Shown piece after piece: positions 1-12,984 of a stretch of DNA of 60,351 nucleotides (its first letter is position 1; every line of letters begins with the position of its first letter). Both the position numbers and the translations under genes were made by a program. Source of the stretch: Octopus bimaculoides (Eukaryota); contig NC_068997.1 in NCBI RefSeq assembly GCF_001194135.2, forward strand, positions 23,685,253 to 23,745,603, read 5' to 3'. Below the pieces are notes generated by a model. It did not search any database and was not told the origin of the DNA. It saw only the letters and a list, made by a program, of their open reading frames with translations.

Positions 1-31
<31 letters not shown>

Positions 32-433
32 TAAAAATGTAATTTCATTTGTTCAAAACTATTCGGCTAGAAATCAATGAATAGTGAACAGTCAGCCGCA
101 CGCACATAAAAGGAATCACACACACACACACACACACAAATTCGCATGCGTGCGCGCTTGTGCGCGTGCGCGTGCGCGTGCGCGCATGTACATGTACGAA
201 AGTATGTAAATGCATGCCTCAATGCATATGTACGGATCTTGAAGTACTAAATACAAGTGCTAGCATTCATTCTTCTGATTCATCTCTGCTCCTGTTATAT
301 CCCACCGGTTTGTGATCCTATCTTTACTCTCCCTAAAGCATATATATGTGTGTGTATACTTGCTCACAGATATGTATGTACGCATGCATGTTTGTATGTA
401 TATATATATACATATATAATATTTTACTGTTAT

Positions 434-920
434 TCTTTTACTTGTTTCAGTCATTTGACTGCGGTCATGCTAAATCACCATTAATCCAGCAATCGACCCA
501 ATTGACCTCAGCACTTATTCTTTGTAAACCTAGTACGTATTCTATCGTTCTCTTTGCCGAAATTCTAAGTTACGGGGACGTAAACACAACAGTATCGGTT
601 GTCAAATGATGTTGGAGTGACAATCACACACACACATACATATACATATATATATATACACACACACATATATATATGTGTGTGTGTGTATGTGTGTGTG
701 TGTGTGCGTGTGTGTATAGTGAGAATTTACAAAAAAAAAACAGAAATCGAAGACGTGTGTAAACTACAAACAGATGTATTAATATATATATATATATATA
801 TATATACGACGGTTTCTTTCAGTTTGTGTCAACCAAATCCACTCACAAGGCTTTGGTTGGCCCGAGGCTATAGTAGAAGACTCTCACCCAAGGTCCCACG
901 CAGATGGGACTGAACCCGGA
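434..920 (-). mobile_element. tRNA-derived SINE (family 1), 5'-truncated head, internal (AC/AT/GT)n microsatellite
   Basis: On the minus strand, a B-box-like GGTTCAGTCCC near 906-916 is followed by a unique body, a microsatellite at about 620-806 and the tail GCAGTCAAATGACTGAAACAAGTAAAAGAATAA. The same tail recurs at 24622-24673. Confidence 0.85.
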
Positions 921-1079
921 TCCCTGGTAACGATTACTAGAAGCAAATAAACTGATAAATAAGTATAGAAATATTCTCATCAGCAATCGAGAAGTAGACT
1001 CATCATCTCTGGACGTTTACAGTCAATATATTTTAAATTCCACGATATCATCTCCCTGGCTATGTTAGTTGTGTAGCGA

Positions 1080-1340
1080 ATATCGCTGAGGAGTTGAAAG
1101 AACAAGCACAACACATTAACTTCCTACTAAGACTGAAAGCTATGGGCATAAACAATGCCTAGTAGTCGAAAGAAAACAAAGAAGGCAGCCGGGACTAACG
1201 TCCCATGTAGTTGAGGAAGATGACAGGATTGTAAAAATCGGTCTTCAATGAAATTTTCAAATGGAAAATCCGAATGAGAGCGAAGAATATCGTCAAATGG
1301 TCAGGACTATTAGTATCGAATATAAGAATTGTGAGACAAT
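1080..1340 (+). mobile_element. Degraded RTE-like LINE, 3' part of ORF
   Basis: Manual translation gives RISLRS*KNK and QRRQPGLTSHVVEEDDRIVKIGLQ*NFQ, resembling the RTE C-terminal pattern RRILGISWKDK...RWAGHVARMEDDRIVKIALQWNPQ. Stops and frameshifts are present. Confidence 0.4.
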
Positions 1341-1612
1341 GGTGCCTCGTTGTTCGAAGTTATCGCTATGGATGGGTATATTACTGATTATTTTTATTCG
1401 TCCTATTAAAATTAAATAGAGAGTCAGACATGAAGTCCCAGCGTTGGCATTCGTACCAGGCATTGCGTCACATTCTATGCGATGCTCGAACGAATGTGTG
1501 AATTCAATTTCAAACTCTAGTGGATGTAGCTAAATGTTCTTTTCTTTACGAAACCTACATCTCGTGAATATTTTAGGGAGCACAGCAATTCTCAATTCAC
1601 TGCGACTCCTGT

Positions 1613-1657
<45 letters not shown>

Positions 1658-1812
1658 GCTACTTATATCCAGTTACCTTTTTGCAGGTGCATTGGATGAT
1701 TGTGCCCATTGCTGTCCGACAAACATTGTACAAACTGCATCGCTAACATCACCTTTTGCACCAATACCACTACCACCACCACCACCACCATTTTATCATT
1801 ATCTTCAACATT

Positions 1813-2025
1813 GTAAGCCGGCCAGCTGGCAGAGTCGTTAACACGCTGGGCGAAATGCTTAGTGGTATTTCATCTTCCACTACGTTCTCAGTTCAAATTC
1901 CGCCGAGGTCGACTTTGTCTTTCATCTTTTCGTAAGTACCACTTACACACTGAAGTTGATGTAATCGACTAGCCCCCTTCCCACCAAATGTTTCAAGACC
2001 TTGTGGCTAGAGTAGAAATAATTAT
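1813..2025 (+). mobile_element. SINE family 2 (A/B boxes with an inserted hairpin; central GCCTTTCATCC...GTCGATAAA-type domain)
   Basis: A-box-like TGGCAGAGTCG, B-box-like CAGTTCAAATTCC, then GCCGAGGTCGACTTTGTCTTTCATC. Homologous to copies at 19270, 26650, 27245, 46745, 46962, 49990 and 51725. Confidence 0.85.
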
Positions 2026-4020
2026 CTTCAGCATAGTCCTCATCATCATTGCAAACGTTTAACTAGTCAGAAATGGCAGAAGATCCTGTGTAGAGAAGGA
2101 GATGAAAAAGTATATAAAGTAGATGTAGGTTTGTCTGAAGAACAAAAGTAATAATTGGAAAAAATCGGACTTTAGCTCAAACTTGACAATGGCCAGAATG
2201 GGGGTGAGTGCCTAAGCGACATCTGTTATATTTGTATGCGTTCCACCCATGACCAAGCTGGCCATGATTTTCACCGGATTTAGCCATGCTATCCTTTTTT
2301 AATTTTATCAAAATATGTATAGTTTGATGGAAATTTGTCAGCTAGAGTCATCGAAGATAAAAGAACTAGATGTAGGCAGCCTCACTGCCTCATGCTCACC
2401 ACAGAAGAGTATTGATAGCGGCTATTAACATAACCAAAAGGGGAAAGGAAAACCTTGATATTATAAGAAAAAAAATAAGAAAAAAAAGAGAAACAGAAAG
2501 AGGGAGCAGGCAGCAAGTGAAAGAAAAACAGTCAAGAATATTTGCGAAAAAAGCAACGCTATTGGAATTTATCAAAAGCAAAAATAGAATTTCAAATAAT
2601 GTTACAAAGTGTTTTGAAAAACTTTATGGATAAAATTTACGCAAAAAACATGGGCACACATAAGCACACACACACACACGTAGAGACGCAGGCACAGAGG
2701 CATACACACACAGACACTGAAAGGTGGATAGATAGATAGATGTAGAAAAATATGTCATCCATCTAAATTGTGAAAAACGTATTTATACATGCATGAAAAT
2801 GAAACATTAATATTAGCAGTTTGTATAACAGGTTGCATGCAACTCCGCAAAAAAATATGCATACGAGCATATACGTCCATACTGCACATAAAAGTGTACG
2901 CAACGAGCAAGTGTGAGCATACATGCATACATATATACATACATATATATATATATANNNNNNNNNNNNNNNNNNNNNNNNNNNNNNNNNNNNNNNNNNN
3001 NNNNNNNNNNNNNNNNNNNNNNNNNNNNNNNNNNNNNNNNNNNNNNNNNNNNNNNNNNNNNNNNNNNNNNNNNNNNNNNNNNNNNNNNNNNNNNNNNNNN
3101 NNNNNNNNNNNNNNNNNNNNNNNNNNNNNNNNNNNNNNNNNNNNNNNNNNNNNNNNNNNNNNNNNNNNNNNNNNNNNNNNNNNNNNNNNNNNNNNNNNNN
3201 NNNNNNNNNNNNNNNNNNNNNNNNNNNNNNNNNNNNNNNNNNNNNNNNNNNNNNNNNNNNNNNNNNNNNNNNNNNNNNNNNNNNNNNNNNNNNNNNNNNN
3301 NNNNNNNNNNNNNNNNNNNNNNNNNNNNNNNNNNNNNNNNNNNNNNNNNNNNNNNNNNNNNNNNNNNNNNNNNNNNNNNNNNNNNNNNNNNNNNNNNNNN
3401 NNNNNNNNNNNNNNNNNNNNNNNNNNNNNNNNNNNNNNNNNNNNNNNNNNNNNNNNNNNNNNNNNNNNNNNNNNNNNNNNNNNNNNNNNNNNNNNNNNNN
3501 NNNNNNNNNNNNNNNNNNNNNNNNNNNNNNNNNNNNNNNNNNNNNNNNNNNNNNNNNNNNNNNNNNNNNNNNNNNNNNNNNNNNNNNNNNNNNNNNNNNN
3601 NNNNNNNNNNNNNNNNNNNNNNNNNNNNNNNNNNNNNNNNNNNNNNNNNNNNNNNNNNNNNNNNNNNNNNNNNNNNNNNNNNNNNNNNNNNNNNNNNNNN
3701 NNNNNNNNNNNNNNNNNNNNNNNNNNNNNNNNNNNNNNNNNNNNNNNNNNNNNNNNNNNNNNNNNNNNNNNNNNNNNNNNNNNNNNNNNNNNNNNNNNNN
3801 NNNNNNNNNNNNNNNNNNNNNNNNNNNNNNNNNNNNNNNNNNNNNNNNNNNNNNNNNNNNNNNNNNNNNNNNNNNNNNNNNNNNNNNNNNNNNNNNNNNN
3901 NNNNNNNNNNNNNNNNNNNNNNNNNNNNNNNNNNNNNNNNNNNNNNTATAGAAGTGAAATTTTTGCAAAAATATAAAATCTGAAATTATTATCATTTTTT
4001 TTGCTGCACTTTTTCGTTAC

Positions 4021-4091
<71 letters not shown>

Positions 4092-4113
4092 GTAGTAGTA
4101 TTATTATTATTAA

Positions 4114-4206
<93 letters not shown>

Positions 4207-5707
4207 TACTATTAGCAGTAGCAACAGCGTCTTTCTAATTATCACCATCATCATCGTCGTTTTTGTCGTCGTCCTCGTCCTCGTCATCATAGTCATTGTC
4301 GTCATCATCATCATCATCATCCTCATCATCATTATTTGTTATTTCAGCTACTCCCACCGTTATGATCGTTATCATCATTAATTTTGAAAAAAAATGAAAT
4401 TGTTTATTTTCAATATTTTCACTAAGAGTATAAAGATCACCACCACCATCATCATCATCATCATCATCATTGTCATCAGCAGCATCTTCACCATCATCAT
4501 GTCTACTCTTCTTTTGCTCTGTTCATGTTCAATGTTTTTTTTTTGTTGTTGTTGTTCTGTATCGTCGTCATCATAACTGTAGATTTTAGTTTTGATGAAG
4601 GCAAGTTTATGTGGTCGGTGATATCTTCGTGATATTTCCAGTCTGACATTCCATACCATTTTCATACAATTCCATAACATTCCATTTTTCCATTCCATTC
4701 ATTCAACTGCTCATTCCTTGTTGCCTAGCAAAGCAGAGAATATCTTAAGATAGGCAGGTTTCAAAAAGAAAACTACAAAAAAAAATAATAATACCTAAAA
4801 TATTTTTTTTAAATATTATACCCAGCTACAGTGGGTCAGGTCATATTTATTTTAAACTTTTTAGCATTTCCTTTTTAAAATTATTTTACCTATTTTTTAA
4901 TTTAAATATTTTCTTGNNNNNNNNNNNNNNNNNNNNNNNNNNNNNNNNNNNNNNNNNNNNNNNNNNNNNNNNNNNNNNNNNNNNNNNNNNNNNNNNNNNN
5001 NNNNNNNNNNNNNNNNNNNNNNNNNNNNNNNNNNNNNNNNNNNNNNNNNNNNNNNNNNNNNNNNNNNNNNNNNNNNNNNNNNNNNNNNNNNNNNNNNNNN
5101 NNNNNNNNNNNNNNNNNNNNNNNNNNNNNNNNNNNNNNNNNNNNNNNNNNNNNNNNNNNNNNNNNNNNNNNNNNNNNNNNNNNNNNNNNNNNNNNNNNNN
5201 NNNNNNNNNNNNNNNNNNNNNNNNNNNNNNNNNNNNNNNNNNNNNNNNNNNNNNNNNNNNNNNNNNNNNNNNNNNNNNNNNNNNNNNNNNNNNNNNNNNN
5301 NNNNNNNNNNNNNNNNNNNNNNNNNNNNNNNNNNNNNNNNNNNNNNNNNNNNNNNNNNNNNNNNNNNNNNNNNNNNNNNNNNNNNNNNNNNNNNNNNNNN
5401 NNNNNNNNNNNNNNNNNNNNNNNNNNNNNNNNNNNNNNNNNNNNNNNNNNNNNNNNNNNNNNNNNNNNNATATATATATATATATATATATATATATACG
5501 CATATATATATGTGCGCATGTGTGTGCGTGTGTGTTTGTCTGCAAATATTCCTACATTTGACGCGTGTAGGGATTTGGAGACAAACATTGTGGAACAGTG
5601 CCAATGCAATATTGAATTACTGTTGGTCCCAGCATTGAAGTGCAAGTGCCAATATAGAAAGACTAGTTTTTTATGTACTTTTGTTTTTGTTAATATCATT
5701 ATTGCCA

Positions 5708-6266
5708 TTGAGTGAGAGAGCAGTGCATGCCATCAAATTGACACTGGTGTACAAATATACGAGGCTCAGTACAGACATTATGACTATCCGTCTGATAAAG
5801 GCACACTAGTTACATGCATCTCAACCATATAGGCGTGACATGGTAGCCTTGTATCAAGATAAACAGTGCATGGTCTTTCGGGTGGGGCCCTGTTAGAATT
5901 TTCTTAAGGTTTAGTAGCCGATGTTGCTCAGGACTCTGAATGAGGTTTGTTGAAGTATCATGAACAAGACGCTCATTTATGTTTCCAGGTGTGAATTAGT
6001 TAAACCCAAATAATTCTCTTCAACACATGGCTATAAAGTTCCTCCACTAATCTTGCTCTTGACCTGAGATGAGCACACTGTCAGTCACTAAAGGACATTC
6101 TCAACTGGTTATGGTCAAGCTACAGACAAGCAAACCACTGGCATAAAGAGTATTTGCTGTAGCGCATTTTTTATAACCAACACAAAATATGTACATGGTA
6201 ACACTTCCAATCAGTTAAGGTCAGAAATTATGAAAGTCACTGCCATGGTATCACATCAGGGCATTT
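5708..6266 (-). mobile_element. Non-coding interspersed repeat (~560 bp) lying in a TAA-type array
   Basis: Minus strand starts AAATGCCCTGATG right after (ATA/ATG)n and ends CACTGCTCTCTCACTCAA before degenerate AAT repeats. I recognise both ends from memory as an abundant Octopus repeat; this was not verified by search. Confidence 0.55.
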
Positions 6267-6463
6267 ATTATCATCATCATCATTATTATTATTATTATTA
6301 TTATAATTATTATTATTAGAGAAACGTTGTCATCTGCTGGTATTGATACATCAATTAGAAAGCATTTTTTTTCTTCATGATCTTTGACAACTATATCTGG
6401 TCTATTTGCCTTAATTTCTCTATCTGTGTGTATTGGCATATCCCAGAGTATGGTTGCTTTCTC

Positions 6464-6519
<56 letters not shown>

Positions 6520-6671
6520 CATTATTATTATTACTATTATTATTATTATTATTATCATTATTATTATTATGATGATGATGATGATGATCATCATCATCNN
6601 NNNNNNNNTCTATTTGCCTTAATTTCTCTATCTGTGTGTATTGGCATATCCCAGAGTATGGTTGCTTTCTC

Positions 6672-6727
<56 letters not shown>

Positions 6728-6855
6728 CATTATTATTATTACTATTATTATTATTATTATTATCATTATTATTATTATGATGATGATGATGATGATCATC
6801 ATCATCATCACCATCATTATCATCATCATCATCATCATCATCATCAACATCATCA

Positions 6856-6902
<47 letters not shown>

Positions 6903-6945
6903 TATCATCATTATCATTATCATCATCATCATTATTATTATTATT
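6267..6945. repeat. Compound (ATT)n/(ATG)n/(ATC)n microsatellite array, partly duplicated across a 10-N gap
   Basis: Visible trinucleotide arrays. The LINE-plus-microsatellite pattern from about 6405 onward recurs from 6609. Confidence 0.95.
6316..6466 (-). mobile_element. Internal fragment of an R4/Dong-type LINE (restriction-like endonuclease region)
   Basis: Translates to EKATILWDMPIHTDREIKANRPDIVVKDHEEKKCFLIDVSIPADDNVSL (PD...D motif). Differs from 47527-47674 at roughly 8-9 of ~150 nt. Confidence 0.9.
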
Positions 6946-9418
6946 TCAAAATTTAAAGCTAATGGAGATTACAACGTTTATCTTACAGAAACATCAGTTC
7001 GTCTCAAGATTTCTCATTTACAGCTGAGAATGGAGTTCAGCGACGTGGAATATGCTCTGCTCATGAACACAACGCACCCTCTGGTCTTTTAATCGATATC
7101 GCGATCGCAAGATCGTGAATGCAATATCCTAGCTATAACGTCTCGCACCTTCGCGTGTTCTATCAAGTAATGCCTGAACCCAAGACTTATCTCATAAAAT
7201 AAACCCCAAACTAAAACGCTCCAAGATTTTTTGTCTCAGTATTTCTCAGTTTAGAGTACATTATTCAACGTGTATCTCTGCTTTCAGGACGGTAGAATAA
7301 TATTAAGGGGATAACTGACTTTAATTTCAAGTAGGTTGATCATTTGGTAAGGGCCTTATTCAGTATATAATAGTAGCGGTAGACGCGTCATGGAGTAGGC
7401 GCGGATTTCAGAGTACTTTAAATGAACATGAAATGGGGAAAGTTATATTTAAGTTAAGGTTAAAGTATAAATTCGCGTGATTCTGTTTGAATAAAAAATA
7501 AATGTATGAAAACGTTCAAAAATAAAATAGAAAATTAATTCTTCTTTTTATGGAGGATTAGACAAAGAACAAAAGTAGTTTAAATAATAAAGGGGAGAAT
7601 ACAATCAAAACCTGAATCCTAAAATAACTTTTAAATGTTTAATGATTTAAAGAAATAAAGATACACTCGGAATAATCTAATATAAAATATCTTTCATATC
7701 AGATTATACGATATTTCTCTTATTCAATCTACATACATAGTCACGCAGACATATATACACTTATATACGTATACGTACAAATTTAAATATAGTTACATTA
7801 TATATATATATATATATATATATGCTATTTTTACTGAAAGATAACCCTTAAACTGTAAATATTAATATCGACTGATAACAGTACCTTACAATAAATTAAA
7901 TATTTCTTCGCCGATATTTCCGAAATGAAACTGTTTTATCTGTATTTCCTTCATTTAAATACGTTCTGTTTTTTTTTCTATTGCTGTTTTATTTTATTCT
8001 ATTTTATCAATATAAATATATTTTATTCTATTTTATTACATTTCTTTCGTTGCGTTTCAATTAAAGATAGAAAATATCCGCCAGCCCGCCTGCCTTCGCG
8101 CGTATATCTGTGTGTGTGCGTGTGTGTGTGTGTGTGTGTCTGGCTGGAATAGGTAAGGTACAAATGAGTTTAAACAAAATAAATATTATATATAACATAA
8201 TATATAGGAGAAAAAAAAATAACGTGAATGAATGAAGGAAGGAAGGAATGAAGAAAATAAGTAAGGAATGGGAGGAATTACTGCTTGTCTGTCTGACTGA
8301 CTGACTGAAGTTATATATTGGAAAGTCTGCTACAAGAGATGTAATAGAAAGATATAATCAACGCAAAGGAAAAAAAAAATTCCCAAAATGGCGAAACGAA
8401 AATAAATAAAGATATACAGAAATGAAATAAAATATTTCAAAAATAATTATAATTAATATAGGTGTGCAAATGATGGAGAGGGGTAATAATATTTTCAGTA
8501 AAAAAAAATTCAATGAAAGTAAAGTGTCGGGCAAAAATGACTCAACAAAAAAATTATAAGAAAATACGAAAGAAAATGATGTCGGAAAAAAAAAGCAAAA
8601 ACAAAATGGCCACCGTAACACACATTCACACGGACACATATACTTGTGCGTATATNNNNNNNNNNNNNNNNNNNNNNNNNNNNNNNNNNNNNNNNNNNNN
8701 NNNNNNNNNNNNNNNNNNNNNNNNNNNNNNNNNNNNNNNNNNNNNNNNNNNNNNNNNNNNNNNNNNNNNNNNNNNNNNNNNNNNNNNNNNNNNNNNNNNN
8801 NNNNNATATATATATATATATATATATATAGAATTCAATCAGATCAAAGAACGAAACGGATAGAGAAAGAGCCAAAATGTGAGAGAGATAGAGAGATGTG
8901 GGTATGTGCGTAATGGATGTGGCGAAATGATGGTAGTTTGAATTTAGTGTGTAGAATAATTATTTTCAGCTTGAGACTGGATAGTCGGATGTTAGTTCTT
9001 TCATTATATCTTTCTTTCTTTCATATAATTTTCTTCTTTTATTTATTTTTTTTGTTTTGCTTTTGTGTAATTTTCATGAATTTTGTTTTTCATCTTTTGC
9101 TTTTTTTTAATTTTTTTTTTTTTTAGATTTGATTTTTCAGATGTTGACCAAGAAGGTCGATGGGTTATCGAATAAGAGGTGAAAGGTCATCTGAACAAAT
9201 GAGACGAATTTGATGAAAAACCAATACTTGAAGGAGTAATACAATAGATATTAAAGCTCGAGATCAGTGATGATATATGTTTTATTTTTTCTTTTCCAAA
9301 TTTCTTTTTCTTATTTTCATATTTATTCCTCTATTTTTCACCATATTTTTTTCTATTTCATTATAAATTTTATTTTTAGATTCGTAATCAAACATACCAC
9401 TATTATTATTATTATTAC

Positions 9419-9493
<75 letters not shown>

Positions 9494-9654
9494 CTAGTAT
9501 TATCATTATTATTACTGAGGCTGTTTTACGAAAAATAATATAAAAATTGTTGGCATTATTATTATTAATAATAATAATGATAATAAATATAATGATAATG
9601 AAAAATAATTTTATTCTTATTGTTGTTTTTCCTATTATTATTATTATTGTTATG

Positions 9655-9686
<32 letters not shown>

Positions 9687-10122
9687 TATTAATATTAATA
9701 ATAATATTATCGGCGAAATTCTTATTTGGGTTATTTCATTTCATATCATTTTAAATAACTTCTGATATTTTACCTTACTAATATCTTCTTACTTGTGTTT
9801 TTATTCATGTAATTTTCTTTTATTTTTCAGTGATAGTTTTTAAATTATTTATAGCTTAATCCCTTTCTTAATTATTATATAGTCACACACACACATGTAA
9901 TACTCACTCGCACACATAAACAAAGATCACATATAAATATGTGAATGCGTGATTGTGTATGTATGTGTGTGTGTGTGTGTGTGTGTGGGTGAGTGTGTGT
10001 GTGTGTGGGTGTGGGTGTATTTATATGAGTGTGCGTTAAATAGGTGTATGGACATTTGTAAGCAGAATTTTATTCAAACAAAAGTTGCGTATATTTATAC
10101 GTTATATTAATAAAATTAAGTG

Positions 10123-10173
<51 letters not shown>

Positions 10174-10619
10174 GTGTGTGTGTGAGTATGTATTCATATA
10201 CGTGTGTGTATGTATATTTGTGGGTATGTATGTATATGTTTGTATGTATGTACGTGTGTGTGTATATATATATATGTATTGATATTGAAATTTATGAACA
10301 CATACGTATATAAACAAATGTATGTGAACATAAAGTGTTCAGAGGTAGGTTTTAAAAATTCGAACTTTGCTTTTCTTCATCCTAAATTATGGTAGCAAGT
10401 CGAGGAACTGAAAGCAAAGCTATATGTTTGCCAGACAAAAGTGTTAACCACCCATCAATGTCTGCTTGTATTTACAGTTATATTGTTGTACTTCTTATCA
10501 TTACTCAATCAAGACTAGTTAGATTTTACATGAAATTTAAGGCGGCGAGCAGTCAGAATCGTTATCTCTAGATATTAAACATATCAGCACAATTTATCTA
10601 TCAAGGCACCTGTGCACGA

Positions 10620-11100
10620 TTGCATAGAGCCAAATCGTGCATCGACAAGGAAGCTCCTCCGCGGTCGCTCGATTTGCTAGAAATAGCATATCATATCGTA
10701 CTGTTTCAAAAATATTAGATAATATGGCACCGGAGTCCATATACACAGTCAACTGTAGAATGGCTAGCATTGGAGCACATTTCATCACAGGTCTACTCAC
10801 TCATTGCTGAACTACAACTAATCAACGATAAAACAAATTGTCAAATCTCCCTCTTATCACAGTCTTCAGTCTTTTAAACAGGGCACATGATACAGTGCAG
10901 TTCTGGAAATATAAAAGGAAGGTCTCGTTTCGTTTAAAACTCTTTTGATAAAATTTCTGCAGGAATAAGACTTAACAGAGCAATGTTTTTGATAGGCCGG
11001 AACAATGGAGATTGCAAAGAGACGGAGACGTATTGCCATGTTTACTAAAACTAAGAGTCTCGAGTTTTTTTAAAGTTCGTCTAACAACACGGCGATGAAA
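10620..11100 (+). mobile_element. Highly degraded RTE-like reverse transcriptase relic
   Basis: Pieces in expected order across frames: RSLDLLEIAYHI (cf. RGISLLNIAYKI), LPLITVFSLLNRAHDTV (cf. FIDFKKAFDTV) and LQRDGDVLPCLL (cf. GVRQGDVLSPCLF). Confidence 0.45.
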
Positions 11101-11566
11101 GAAAAATTCTATGGAGAGAGCCAGTATTTCATTTTCATCGTTAATAAAAAAAGGTAGAAGAGACAAATAATTCATAGTATTTTTGAGGTAGAGATTGTCA
11201 GTCTTGATACATATTTGTTTAAGAACCAATGGATTTATGGCTACAAGACAACAATAATGAAAACAAGAGGCGCCAACGAAACCATTTCTTTTGTGTTAAA
11301 TTTCTTCGCTTTTTCTTTCTTTTTTATTAACCCTAAAATAAAAATGGTTACGTATAAATTTGTGCTGCTACTTCTACTAACTATAACCTGTTCACATAAG
11401 ATAACTTTGGCCTTCTGCCTTGTCAAAGACAAGTACCATATTATATTAATGAGAAAACTGTAGAAGGAAAAATATGAATGGGATTATTTTAGAGACCCAA
11501 GTCCCTACCGCAAGGGTATCAGTAACATGGATATAAGGAAACAAACTATAAATATTATAACCGTTA

Positions 11567-11569
<3 letters not shown>

Positions 11570-11665
<96 letters not shown>

Positions 11666-11701
11666 TTGTAGTTGCTGTTGTTTTTGTTGTTGTTGTTGTT
11701 G

Positions 11702-11735
<34 letters not shown>
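11570..11735. repeat. (ATT)n-(GTT)n-(ATT)n compound microsatellite
   Basis: Directly visible. Confidence 0.95.
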
Positions 11736-11736
<1 letters not shown>

Positions 11737-12360
11737 TGTCTGTCACCAGTAATACGGATTCCCTTTAGGAATTTATGATCAGGGAACAACTTGACGTTTT
11801 GTTAATGTTAATATGTCGCGTCAAAATCGTTTAAAGCCGAACATTTAAAGTGATATATGGGTAAGAGCGACAGAGAGAGAGAGAGGGGGACAGAGATCGA
11901 GCGTGAGTGAGAGGTGGGGGTACAGTGTATACGCAAGCGTAGGTATGCACATAGTTTTACCTACATACGTACACACTTGTATGCAAATGTATATATATNN
12001 NNNNNNNNNNNNNNNNNNNNNNNNNNNNNNNNNNNNNNNNNNNNNNNNNNNNNATATATATATACATGTATATGTGAACGAGTATGTACAATTATGTGTA
12101 CACGCACACACACACCCATACATGAGAGAATGTATATACACGTATATACATAGTTGTGTGTTATAAGTATATATATGTATGTAAATATATTAAATCTGTG
12201 TGTGTGCATGTGTGTCAAGAAATGTGTGCGTACGTGTGATTGTATATAATGACACAATCTCTATACATTTCATTGATATTACAGTTGATATTACCTGTTG
12301 ACTTGACTTTCACATTTTAGCATCCTCTCACATCACACGTATGTCTGTCTTTATAAGTTT

Positions 12361-12556
12361 AGGACATTTACCTCCCCCCCCCCATAGACATTAACCCTCC
12401 CCCCAAGGTCATTTACACCTGGAGACAACTAATGACGATTTAAAACGTCTTAATATATTGGAGAGGGGTTAATTAACCAAGAGGGATAATTGTCTTAGGG
12501 GTAGTTGTCGGGGTGAATTATCATATAGGTGTGGTCTTGGGAGAATAATTGTCCTG
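12361..12556. mobile_element. MITE-like element with degenerate, internally repeated inverted ends
   Basis: Begins AGGACATTTA and ends TAATTGTCCT (9/10 inverted match). The left arm has C-rich GACATT-type units and the right arm has G-rich AATTGTC-type units. Confidence 0.45.
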
Positions 12557-12984
12557 ATACGGTCTTCATTCGCATTAATTGGCGTATATTTCCCTTTGGC
12601 TGTGAATAGGCTACTTCTCACAGAACTATGATAATTCTAAATGAAATAACAGAATTCTACAGATTGAAAAGTCTTGACATTGGTGAAAAATGGGACAATT
12701 TTTTATATAGCAAAGTAATATTGGTAATTAAACGAATCAACATGTGTTAGACGACATTTTGTGTTAACTGCTGCGTCAGGGAGATAAAACCCGATTTGCT
12801 TCGCGGTCTGGATTAAAGTGAACACAAGATCTCGCAAGCCGAGTAGGCACCATCACTCTGAATACTCTACACAGAATAGAATCGAATGTAATGGCGAAAA
12901 AGATAATCCTTTAACATTGTGAAAGCTTTATTCTTAATGATTTCAAATTTTCGTCGCAAGAGCAGCTTGCGGAAGGGGATACAG

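Noticed and set aside
6609-6800. Second tandem copy of the LINE fragment and microsatellite
   Set aside because: It is near-identical to the sequence just before a 10-N gap, so it is most likely an unmerged contig overlap.
7288-7335. Acceptor TCTCTGCTTTCAG
   Set aside because: All three frames hit stops within about 30 nt.
9141-9178. Strong acceptor with a 38-nt putative exon (MLTKKVDGLSNK)
   Set aside because: The donor GTGAAA is weak, two of three frames stop, and there is no homology.
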